Virus record (IMG/VR): IMGVR_UViG_3300021440_000014 | Span: 64,001 to 128,000 of that record | Length of the DNA: 64,000 nucleotides | From: a virus | Strand: one strand, 5' to 3' | Part shown: in pieces, positions 19,777-27,975 of the stretch | Layout of the letters: every line of letters begins with the position of its first letter | Position numbering within the stretch: the first letter of the stretch is position 1 | Translations under genes and position numbers: made by a program | The notes under the pieces: model-generated | Seen by the model: the letters and a program-made list of their open reading frames with translations, nothing else | The model's database searches: none | What the model was told of the DNA's origin: nothing

Positions 19777-20175
19777 ATGAAACTAACCTTGTCACTTCTA
19801 ATGCTGGGGATCGTCTCTGTTAGTGCTAAATTGCCGGATAGGTTTACCAAAGCCATTCACAAGGTAGAGGCAAGCGGGAAAGTCGGCCCTATCTTGGGAG
19901 ACTATAACAAGAAAACGGGTGAGTATGAAGCTCTCGGCCCTTTGCAGATTCATCGTGAATACTGGCAGGATTCGGGCGTGGCGGGAAGTTATGAGCAATG
20001 CAAGGATCTGGAATACTCTAAGAAAGTCGTTGAAGCTTACTTGTTGCGCTTTGGTCGTAAGTTTGTGCAGGCTAATAACTTCGAGGCAATGGCGCGAATC
20101 CATAACGGTGGACCATTGGGATTCAAAAACCAAAAGACAATTCAATACTGGCAAAAAGTAAAAAAGCATCTGTAA
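19777..20175 (+). CDS. secreted lysozyme/transglycosylase-like protein
   Basis: Signal peptide; VEASG, GPLQI...YWQD, ARIHNGGP. Confidence 0.7.
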   Translation: MKLTLSLLMLGIVSVSAKLPDRFTKAIHKVEASGKVGPILGDYNKKTGEYEALGPLQIHREYWQDSGVAGSYEQCKDLEYSKKVVEAYLLRFGRKFVQANNFEAMARIHNGGPLGFKNQKTIQYWQKVKKHL

Positions 20176-20240
20176 CCTTGACAAAAAATAAAAATAAAGT
20201 AAGATAGAAAAGTAGTAAACGAAACAACAAACAAAAACAA

Positions 20241-20501
20241 ATGAAAAAAGTTGAATCCTATAAAGCTGAAGACGGTCGCCTCTTTGAAGATAAGGAAGAA
20301 TGCTTGAAGCATGATTTCCTTCTGTCGGTGCGCGGCTTCATTCAGACGAAGAACAGCAGCAAGTCGCCGACAATTCAGGTGAGCGATGTCGCGGCGTTGA
20401 TCGCGAATAACTTCCCCACATTCTACGACATGATGAAGCGGCAGAATCAGCTTCTCGTTGCTGCGCGGCCTAAGAAAGAAATGCCGATGCGCGTTGTCTA
20501 A
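20241..20501 (+). CDS. hypothetical protein
   Basis: YKAEDG..F.....C motif; terminator follows. Confidence 0.6.
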   Translation: MKKVESYKAEDGRLFEDKEECLKHDFLLSVRGFIQTKNSSKSPTIQVSDVAALIANNFPTFYDMMKRQNQLLVAARPKKEMPMRVV

Positions 20502-20592
20502 TTTCCTTTGTTGTTTGTTTTCACCCCACCTAGTTGAAAAATTAGGTGGGTCTTTTCTTGACATCCTATAAAAAAAATATAACATCTTAAAA

Positions 20593-20859
20593 ATGAGTGA
20601 ATTCAATGTTTTCCATTATCTTTTTTATGCTTTGGAATTTGATGAAACTTCTGACGTTTTAGAGCATAACGGAAATTTCTGTCAATTGGCCTGCATAGAA
20701 CATCCTTTTGATGGGATTATCTTTTATGTCCTTCTTATCAATGGAGCGGTATCGAACACAACGGAGCATAAGTCAAGAATGGGAAAGCTTTTAAAAGAAT
20801 GGAGAGCGGGCGAAAGAGAAATAGACAAAGGCATTTTAACGCTTTCTTATAAAAAATAG
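20593..20859 (+). CDS. hypothetical protein
   Basis: Own TTGACA promoter. Confidence 0.5.
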   Translation: MSEFNVFHYLFYALEFDETSDVLEHNGNFCQLACIEHPFDGIIFYVLLINGAVSNTTEHKSRMGKLLKEWRAGEREIDKGILTLSYKK

Positions 20860-21546
20860 TTCTTTACTTTTAAGAAAAACAAAGTAGTATTTATCTATGG
20901 CAATACAAGAAGCTCTCTATAAATACTTCTCACTCATTGGAATGAGTGCTGAATTTGAAGAGGCTGGAAAGATTGGATTGGCAAATCAATGTCGTTGCAT
21001 TGCTCAGTCAGTGGCCGAAGAATTTGAGTTGACAGAAAAGGAAATCTCAACTGGAATTTCAGAAGATTTTCATAAATTAAAATAACTCTTTACTTCTGAT
21101 AAAAATAGATTAGCATTTAACCATGAGAACGAAATCTTTAGGCGGAACTTTGTTAGTGATCAAAGGTCTTAACGACTGTGCCACAATCGAACGAGGCAAA
21201 AATTCCAAGCCGTGCATTGTCTCTATAGAAGGAACTTGGACAAAAGAAGAGTTAAGAGAGGCTCTCTCCTTATGGAATAGATCGGAAGCTCAAAGGAGAT
21301 AAAAAGGGTTTAGCCATGACAAAACAACAAGACATCTACAAATTTTTCCGAATCATTGCAGTAGGTAGTCGCAAAGGCTGGCGAATTTATGACAACGGAG
21401 AAAACTATCACCCTACTACGGGAAGATGGCAGGCATTCCGACATGGAGTTAGAATTGGGAATTCAACAAAATCTGGGCTACTCCAAATGATTGATAATAA
21501 ATAAAAACCTTTACTTCCCATAAAAATAGTCTATTCTACAAATATC

Positions 21547-21592
21547 GAACGGTAGCCAACCCGCAGCCGAAAAATTCTAAGTGAACCTGATC
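21547..21592 (+). ncRNA. repeated short RNA element, copy 3
   Basis: After TTTACT-N16-TATTCT; CCGCAGCCGAAAAATTCTAAGTGAACCTG. Confidence 0.5.
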
Positions 21593-21634
21593 TAATTTTT
21601 TAGATGAAATAAAAAGGGGCACTTGCCCCGTGTT

Positions 21635-21775
21635 TTACTCATCTCGATAATCATCGGCCTCGTTTGCGTTGAAATCGGCCAAGTCATCGGTGCCGCTACC
21701 ATCTCCCGGCCAACCTTTATCGTCGTCGGGCAATTCGGTTTGCAAGTCGTAATTATCTTCTAGTCCTTCATCCAT
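21635..21775 (-). CDS. very acidic 46-aa protein
   Basis: MDEGLEDNYDLQTELPDDDKGWPGDGSGTDDLADFNANEADDYRDE, with own TTGACA promoter. Confidence 0.55.
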   Translation of the reverse strand: MDEGLEDNYDLQTELPDDDKGWPGDGSGTDDLADFNANEADDYRDE

Positions 21776-21809
21776 AATTTAATCCTATACTATTTTTATG
21801 TTTTGTCAA

Positions 21810-21992
21810 TTACGGAAAATACAAAGTGGGGTTATCGTATTCGGGATCATACTTGGCAACTTGTGAATTCTCAAGGTGCCCCTGCTCTTTGAGTTTGGCA
21901 ATCCAGCGTTCCACCCTTTCCTGCTCTACAGAGTCAGCAAAGAAAAGCATCGCAACCAATTTTTTCGGATTGTGTTCTGTTTTAACTGGCAT
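21810..21992 (-). CDS. hypothetical protein
   Basis: Own TTGACT promoter. Confidence 0.55.
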   Translation of the reverse strand: MPVKTEHNPKKLVAMLFFADSVEQERVERWIAKLKEQGHLENSQVAKYDPEYDNPTLYFP

Positions 21993-22203
21993 GTCTAAAT
22001 ACTAAATCATTTTTCTAAAAAGTCAAATGCAAATTGATGTTTGACAAAAAGGAAAAATAGAATAAACTTTCTACAGTTGAACATCGGAACGGTTGGCGCA
22101 TTGCGTCGCCACAATAACGGAATCGGACTTCCTGCTTAGTAGATAGAAAGAAAGAGCTTGACATTCAAGCAAGGTAACTGTTAAAGGTTCAACTACTAAT
22201 TTT

Positions 22204-22467
22204 ATGGCTAAACTTAATCTTGACTCAATCGAAAATCGCGCTATAGTTACGGTTACAAATTTGCCTTGGGGCGACGATGATACTGGCAAAACTTCCCTTC
22301 AATTGACGGGTCAACTTGAGAAAGCGGAAGATGAAGGGGAAGATCATTACTTGCGTTGCCCTACGTTTTGCGGGGAACTTAATGGCGTTTCGTTCTCAGA
22401 TAAGGATATAACCGAAATTGAAACTCTACCTAGTGGCAGAATTCTTATCGTCTTGCGAAACTTTTAA
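22204..22467 (+). CDS. hypothetical protein
   Basis: TTGACA promoter upstream. Confidence 0.5.
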   Translation: MAKLNLDSIENRAIVTVTNLPWGDDDTGKTSLQLTGQLEKAEDEGEDHYLRCPTFCGELNGVSFSDKDITEIETLPSGRILIVLRNF

Positions 22468-22505
22468 TTGACTTTTAGAAAAAATACTCTAAACTCTTAA
22501 TCGTA

Positions 22506-23045
22506 ATGAATAAACAACTCATCGAAGCTCTCGAAAATCAGGGAACAAACTGCCGCTTGATCTCTTTCACCTATACGGCTAAGGGGACAGGCGAAACGGC
22601 TCGCTACGTGATTCGCACGAATGTAGACTATACCAAGGTATGCAAAGACGACATCACGGAACTTGAAATCCGCGCACAAACGGCAATCGGTATCGAAAAA
22701 ATTTGCATTGACGCGCAGATCGCTACGCTTAAAGAGTCGATCAAGGCTCAGGAAACGGGCGTGGCTCACTCGAAATACACTAAAGCGGGACTCTATCGCT
22801 CTGTTTGTCCCGGTATCAAATTGAGCTTGAACGATCAAAGCCTTGAATTGCACGGCTTTGTGCATTCTAAGGTGGTTCTAAAGCCGGGATTCTATGCGAA
22901 AGTAAATCATCGCTCAGAAGAGACGGCAAAGAAAGAAGAGATTCGCAAGTCTCTCAAGGTTGGCAAGTTCCGCTCTTTCTCGCTCGATAGCGGGCTTGTT
23001 CACGGCGCAAAGGTAAACGGGGAAGAGATTACTTTTGAACAGTAA
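22506..23045 (+). CDS. hypothetical protein
   Basis: 179 aa with promoter and terminator (23053-23078). Confidence 0.65.
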   Translation: MNKQLIEALENQGTNCRLISFTYTAKGTGETARYVIRTNVDYTKVCKDDITELEIRAQTAIGIEKICIDAQIATLKESIKAQETGVAHSKYTKAGLYRSVCPGIKLSLNDQSLELHGFVHSKVVLKPGFYAKVNHRSEETAKKEEIRKSLKVGKFRSFSLDSGLVHGAKVNGEEITFEQ

Positions 23046-23392
23046 ATAAACAACCCGGAGTAAAATCCGGGTTTTTTCTTGCTTTTAGATAAAAACAAAG
23101 TAGAATCTTCTCAATGGCAACACCAATTCATTGCGGGAAAGCTACTAAAATATATCGCAAGGTATATCAGCAGGCTTTCTACTATCGAGATAAAAATGGC
23201 AATCGTAAGTTTTCGCCTTGTAGCTACGAAGTCGGCTTTCAATGCGTAGTCTGTAAACAGATTCGCATTCCTGATATTTAAAAGCCTTTCGATAGATCAG
23301 ACATGGAAAAGATGGATGCTATTAGAGAAGAAGGAATTAAATTTGACGAAAGTTTGGCTTGCAATTAAATAAAAAAAGAATAAGATTTAACT

Positions 23393-23668
23393 ATGAAACT
23401 TACACTCTCCTATCTTAAAGCTTCCGAAATCATTGCGGACCGTCACAATCTCAGCGGCTATCAAGTAGAGATTGAGCCTAAGCCTATAATCGAAGGTAGT
23501 CAAACTAAACCTATCTTTCCACTTCACCAATTGATTCTTTTAGTGCGCGGCTATCGCTATCGTGGCGATGAAAAGATTGCAGCTATCAAAGCAGTGCGAG
23601 AATATGGGAATCGGTATGGAGTGTCAATTGGTTTGGCCGACGCAAAGAATTTTGTCGAATCGCTCTAA
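23393..23668 (+). CDS. protein with ribosomal bL12 (L7/L12) C-terminal-like motif
   Basis: KIAAIKAVRE.....IGLADAKNFVESL. Confidence 0.55.
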   Translation: MKLTLSYLKASEIIADRHNLSGYQVEIEPKPIIEGSQTKPIFPLHQLILLVRGYRYRGDEKIAAIKAVREYGNRYGVSIGLADAKNFVESL

Positions 23669-23712
23669 TTATTTGCCTTGCAATCGACTAAAAATAGTCT
23701 ATCATAATCAAT

Positions 23713-23994
23713 ATGAAAATCAAGGTTGCTCTTACTAAGTCGGATGGGAAGTATTCGCCTAATAGAGATCCTCTTACCGATTGCCTTGTTGCCCGCGCAT
23801 TAAAAAGAGCTTTGAAGCGAGACAAGATTAAGTATTCACGCATTACGGTAGGACTGGTATCTGTAAGGATTGATGATAAGGTAGTTTATCTTAATGATAC
23901 TATCGTAACTCTGATACATAAATGGGGTGAATTTGACGCAATAAGGAAAGATTTTATCCCTCCGCGCATTAGCTTCACTTTGGAATTCAACTAA
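23713..23994 (+). CDS. hypothetical protein
   Basis: C.VARAL motif; weakly similar to 33005-33304. Confidence 0.5.
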   Translation: MKIKVALTKSDGKYSPNRDPLTDCLVARALKRALKRDKIKYSRITVGLVSVRIDDKVVYLNDTIVTLIHKWGEFDAIRKDFIPPRISFTLEFN

Positions 23995-24551
23995 ATGAAA
24001 AAATGGTTTGCAATCTATCGTGAAACTTACGGCATTACCGTTAAGTATCTAGGCGAATTTGAGACGTGCCCGAATCATTTGGATGAAGGCTATTTGGATA
24101 TCGTCGATGCTTTTGAATTACGGGCTTTCAAAGAGTCTATAATCAATTGTCTTGTGGTTTATGCAGATTAGTTTGACTTTTCCTAAAAATACCTCATAAT
24201 AACAACGATGAAAACAAAAATGACAATTCGCGCCCGCCGCATTATGTTTGGTTTCTCCCGAATGGTTATCTCTGTCAAACGCTAAATGAATAAAATCCCG
24301 CTAAAATATATGGAATCAAAACCTGTTCACATTAAAGTCGAGGAAAAGCTGACAAAGAAAGAGTTTCTCGTAATATGGATTTTGCTGGTTATAGCGCGTT
24401 TTCTGTGCGAAGATGAGCAAACCAAGAAAGAGATCGGCGACATTAAGACTCATATTTATTTGCACACTAGATAATATGGGATTCTTTGTTCTCTGTTTAT
24501 TACTTTTGGTAATAGCGTTTTCCTTTTACTTATTTTCTTAAGTATTTATAT

Positions 24552-24628
24552 TGGCCTGTAGCTCAATTGGTTAGAGCAGAGCACTCATAATGCTTTGGTT
24601 CTCGGTTCAAGTCCGAGCAGGCCAACCA
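24552..24628 (+). tRNA. tRNA with CAT anticodon, probably Ile2
   Basis: Cloverleaf TGGCCTG/CAGGCCA, loop CTCATAA, CCA end; body resembles Ile2-type tRNAs. Confidence 0.85.
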
Positions 24629-24676
24629 ATTTAAGTTTGACTTCTTAGAAAAAAAATGCTAACATCATAAACACTT

Positions 24677-24753
24677 GCTTCCGTAATTCAATTGGATAGA
24701 AATTTTGCCTTCTAAGCAAAAAGTTATAGGTTCAAATCCTATCGGAAGCACCA
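24677..24753 (+). tRNA. tRNA-Arg(TCT)
   Basis: GCTTCCG/CGGAAGC, TTTGC-CTTCTAA-GCAAA, CCA. Confidence 0.9.
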
Positions 24754-25136
24754 ATTTTTCTTTACTTAATCTAAAAAACATATATCATAAAAATATGAAA
24801 GTAACCTCTGAACCAATTACTGAAAAAGAAGAATTTCCTTTTATTGGCTTCTACACACTTAGCAAAGGGGACGGCTTGTTCTTGTTACAGGATATGGAGC
24901 AAATAAATCTTTCTATAAAGGAATAATGATTACTCCAAGTGATGTTTATAAAGCTTTTGCATATGATAGTGATCATTGGGACAAAAACACAATAAAACGA
25001 TTTAGAGGCAAAATTACAATCGAGTGCCCTTAATTTATATTATTGACTTCACGCAAAAATCTGTTAGATTAGTAACGTTCTTTGATGATTTCTAATTATT
25101 AGGTGTAATAGTAGATATAAGTTAATATCTGCTATT

Positions 25137-25694
25137 ATGCCAATATGTAAAAAATGCAACAACAAGTTTCCGTGTAAAATTACCTTAAATGGTAAAGAAA
25201 AGTTTTTACATACTAGATCTTACTGTTTAGATTGCTCTCCATTAGGTAAAAATCTAGGCTATGATTTAAGAAAAGAATCGAACGATAAGAAATATATTGA
25301 TTTATTCCAAAAAGAAGGAGTAATAAAATGTAGAATATGCGAAAGATCTTATCTAAGGAAAAAGAAAAACAATTTAATATGTTCTACTTGTAGGAATTCT
25401 TATTTTAGATTTAATCAAAGAAATAAAGCGATAGATTCATTAGGCGGGAAATGCTCTAAATGCGACTGCAAAGATAAAGAAGTATTACAGTTCCACCATA
25501 CAGATCCAAATCAAAAAGATTTTAATTTATCTGGCAACTGGTCACAAAAAGAATGGTTGACTTTAGAAAAAGAAATAGTAAAATGTATTTTATTATGTGC
25601 TAACTGCCATTCTAAAGAACATCGAAAAGACTTAACAAAAATCATTGAATTTTATGGGCAAGTGGCGAAGTTGGATGAAACGCAGCAGACTTAA
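25137..25694 (+). CDS. HNH endonuclease with zinc fingers
   Basis: LGGKCSKC...LQFHH.DP.QK...KCILLCANCH; 3' end overlaps tRNA-Leu. Confidence 0.85.
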   Translation: MPICKKCNNKFPCKITLNGKEKFLHTRSYCLDCSPLGKNLGYDLRKESNDKKYIDLFQKEGVIKCRICERSYLRKKKNNLICSTCRNSYFRFNQRNKAIDSLGGKCSKCDCKDKEVLQFHHTDPNQKDFNLSGNWSQKEWLTLEKEIVKCILLCANCHSKEHRKDLTKIIEFYGQVAKLDETQQT

Positions 25695-25744
25695 AATCTG
25701 CTACATAAGAAACACCGTGGGTTCGATCCCCACCTTGCCTACCA
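25656..25744 (+). tRNA. tRNA-Leu(TAA)
   Basis: GGGCAAG/CTTGCCT, GCAGA-CTTAAAA-TCTGC, long variable region, CCA. Confidence 0.9.
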
Positions 25745-25753
25745 TTTTAATAT

Positions 25754-25872
25754 TTACCCGTGCTTATGCTAACCGAGAAGACTTTAGGGTCAACAAGTGT
25801 GAGAGAGCACAACTGAACACAAGTAGGTTCCTATCGAAAGGAAACGAGTAGAAGGACTCTCGCAGCGGGTAA
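25754..25872 (+). ncRNA. structured RNA, CCCGTGC family, copy 1
   Basis: Terminal stem TTACCCG/CGGGTAA; GTGAGAG/CTCTCGC; homologous to 49940-50063. Confidence 0.6.
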
Positions 25873-25882
25873 CTCAATTTAG

Positions 25883-26004
25883 TGGATACGTGGCGGAAAA
25901 TAGACGCAGCATAGTGTATAACTTGCACGGATAAGTAACCTATACTATGACAGAGGGAGAACGTGTATGAACCCTCATGCAAGTGTCAAACCTTGCCGTA
26001 TCCA
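25883..26004 (+). ncRNA. tRNA-like RNA with expanded anticodon/variable region (GGATACG family)
   Basis: GGATACG/CGTATCC acceptor, GCG..CGC D arm, GCAAG-TGTCAAAC-CTTGC T-like arm; no standard anticodon loop. Confidence 0.65.
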
Positions 26005-26046
26005 TATTCTATTTGACATTTAGTAAAAATATCATATTCTTTAGAT

Positions 26047-26286
26047 ATGAAATACATAGCTTTTGAATGCAATGGGCAGGTGATGCCAATTCTGTTTGCA
26101 GATCATACGGATCATTCAATGATTGCCCGCTGTGTCAAATCAGAATATCCCGGCTATAAGGTTAAATCCGCTGGTTTTGCGGGGCGCAATGGATCTGTAT
26201 GGGGCGAATCAGTTTCGCTTAGAGTCAAGTCCGATGTCGAAGATGAATTTTACATAAAAAGAATTTTGGGCATTGACATTGATTAA
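26047..26286 (+). CDS. hypothetical phage protein
   Basis: MKYI...H..IA....SAGF...GES.SL; leaderless promoter. Confidence 0.6.
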   Translation: MKYIAFECNGQVMPILFADHTDHSMIARCVKSEYPGYKVKSAGFAGRNGSVWGESVSLRVKSDVEDEFYIKRILGIDID

Positions 26287-26311
26287 AAATAAGTTAAACT
26301 CTTTATCTAAC

Positions 26312-26387
26312 GCGCTTATAGCTCAATTGGTAGAGCACGACACTTTTAATGTTGTGGTTTCGGGTTCGAGTCCCGATGGGCGCACCA
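26312..26387 (+). tRNA. tRNA-Lys(TTT)
   Basis: GCGCTTA/TGGGCGC, CGACA-CTTTTAA-TGTTG, CCA. Confidence 0.92.
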
Positions 26388-26429
26388 ATTTAACATTGAC
26401 TAAAAATAAAAATAAGCTAGGATAGAACT

Positions 26430-26615
26430 ATGGAATTCACTGAAGCTCAAATCAGCAACTTCAAAGCTTACGAAAAAGTCCGTGCGAGCGGCAAATATAA
26501 TATGTTTGATCCTAGAGCTATACGAGCGTCTGGATTGCCTCAGAGCGAATACATTTTCGTTATGGATAATTATACTGCATTGGAAGCGGCGGCAGCAGAA
26601 CAAATAGCTAACTAA
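26430..26615 (+). CDS. hypothetical protein
   Basis: VRASGKYNMFD motif; own promoter. Confidence 0.6.
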   Translation: MEFTEAQISNFKAYEKVRASGKYNMFDPRAIRASGLPQSEYIFVMDNYTALEAAAAEQIAN

Positions 26616-26617
26616 TT

Positions 26618-26794
26618 TACTCATAGGTATAATAACAAGCAGTCCCATGCGGGATGAATGACAACCGCCAATCGTCATGGCGACAAATCAGCGGCTCCAT
26701 TATGACGAAAGAATGGAGTAAAGCGGCTTATTGGTCGCGAAAAACACCTAGAGTATGCCGTGAGAGTAAGCCTGATAAGGGAAGAAATCACGGC
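26618..26794 (+). ncRNA. candidate multi-branched structured RNA
   Basis: TACTC-A-TAGGT/ACCTAGAGTA closing stem, several internal hairpins, then GCCGTGA/TCACGGC. Confidence 0.45.
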
Positions 26795-26837
26795 TAAATT
26801 TTCTTTACTTCTAATAAAAATAACTTAACCTTAAATC

Positions 26838-27104
26838 ATGGCTGAATTATTCAAAGTCTTGTTTGGTCGCTCTAAAAAGAGAATGAAAACCATCATGGTT
26901 GATAAATATCAAAAATGCGAGAATTACGTTCTTGCCCGCAGTAATGTTTTGGGTTTTCATGAAATTGTTAAAGCAGAAAAAGGCGAAGAGACTTGGAGGC
27001 AAAAATCCGCCACTGTAGGCGGCAATCGTTGTGAATCTGTCGGGCGGGTAGGCAAAGGCGCAAGTGGTTATATCTCAAAAAACGGCTTTAATCCTCATAC
27101 TTAA
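26838..27104 (+). CDS. hypothetical protein
   Basis: Own promoter. Confidence 0.5.
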   Translation: MAELFKVLFGRSKKRMKTIMVDKYQKCENYVLARSNVLGFHEIVKAEKGEETWRQKSATVGGNRCESVGRVGKGASGYISKNGFNPHT

Positions 27105-27296
27105 AATGAAATTCGCTCTTTACTTTTTACTTGGAGCAGCTTTAGCTTTAATGGGTTTTCCAATCTTTCCAAAAGAGGGATTCAATATCGTAAATTTTCT
27201 AATACTAATTCTTTGTATGCTTATCCTTAAAATTATTCTCGGCGAGAAAAACGAAGAATAATTTGACTAATCAAAAATAAATGGTATTGTATATCC

Positions 27297-27362
27297 AACG
27301 AGCGGTAAACAACCCGTAGACGTAAAATTCTAAGGGAACCTGCCCAAATAGCTTTAACGTCA
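27297..27362 (+). ncRNA. repeated short RNA element, copy 4
   Basis: After TTGACT-N16-TATTGT; CCGTAGACGTAAAATTCTAAGGGAACCTG. Confidence 0.5.
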
Positions 27363-27430
27363 TAGTAAAGTAAATAATAAAGTTAAAAAAAGAATTGATT
27401 TTAGTAAAAAATAGATTACTCTTTCCTTAC

Positions 27431-27649
27431 ATGAAAATCAAAAAGATTACCACTGGTTTTGTTATTCAAACTTTCGACACTGATACTGGTAAGTATGTCA
27501 ATCAGGAATTTGTGGCGGGAGATCAAGTTGATTATGAAAATCAAAAGGGCGTAACCCTTGATCCTCTTATGATGGAAAATTTGAATTTCGGCCCCTATGC
27601 CGCAAACGAGCCTTATCTTTCCTTTGATATGGTTCAACCTAAAAACTAA
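27431..27649 (+). CDS. hypothetical protein
   Basis: Start moved to MKIKKITTGFVIQ. Confidence 0.55.
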   Translation: MKIKKITTGFVIQTFDTDTGKYVNQEFVAGDQVDYENQKGVTLDPLMMENLNFGPYAANEPYLSFDMVQPKN

Positions 27650-27684
27650 TTGACTTTTAATAAAAATAATCCATAATAACTTAC

Positions 27685-27909
27685 ATGAACATAATCGTTA
27701 CTAAAATTCACAATAACTCACTTGGCAAAGTTGTTTCCGCAAGCTCTTTTGATGAAGCTAAAGACATTCTGCGCGGCTGGGCAGAGAAACAGTTCCAACG
27801 TCCGCTCACCGATGAGGAGATCGACGACTTGGAAGATGAAATGGAAATTTACGACGATACCGATTCAGATAATATCTATTCTTTTTCGGTAGGCATAGTG
27901 GAAGAATGA
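27685..27909 (+). CDS. acidic hypothetical protein
   Basis: D/E-rich C-terminus; own promoter. Confidence 0.55.
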   Translation: MNIIVTKIHNNSLGKVVSASSFDEAKDILRGWAEKQFQRPLTDEEIDDLEDEMEIYDDTDSDNIYSFSVGIVEE

Positions 27910-27975
27910 ATTGACAATTTCAAAAAATAGATTAGTATTTACCTGTAGCGAAAAACTAACTAAATAAAAAAAAAT

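Noticed and set aside
26757-26794. Hammerhead ribozyme (CTGATAAG...GAAA)
   Set aside because: The core differs from CUGAnGA and three stems cannot be drawn.
15988-27362. CRISPR array, c-di-GMP-I riboswitch or group I intron from the repeated element
   Set aside because: Copies are kilobases apart with no regular spacers. Only short word matches exist (CCGCAGCC, TCTAAGG), without the required helices or R/S elements.
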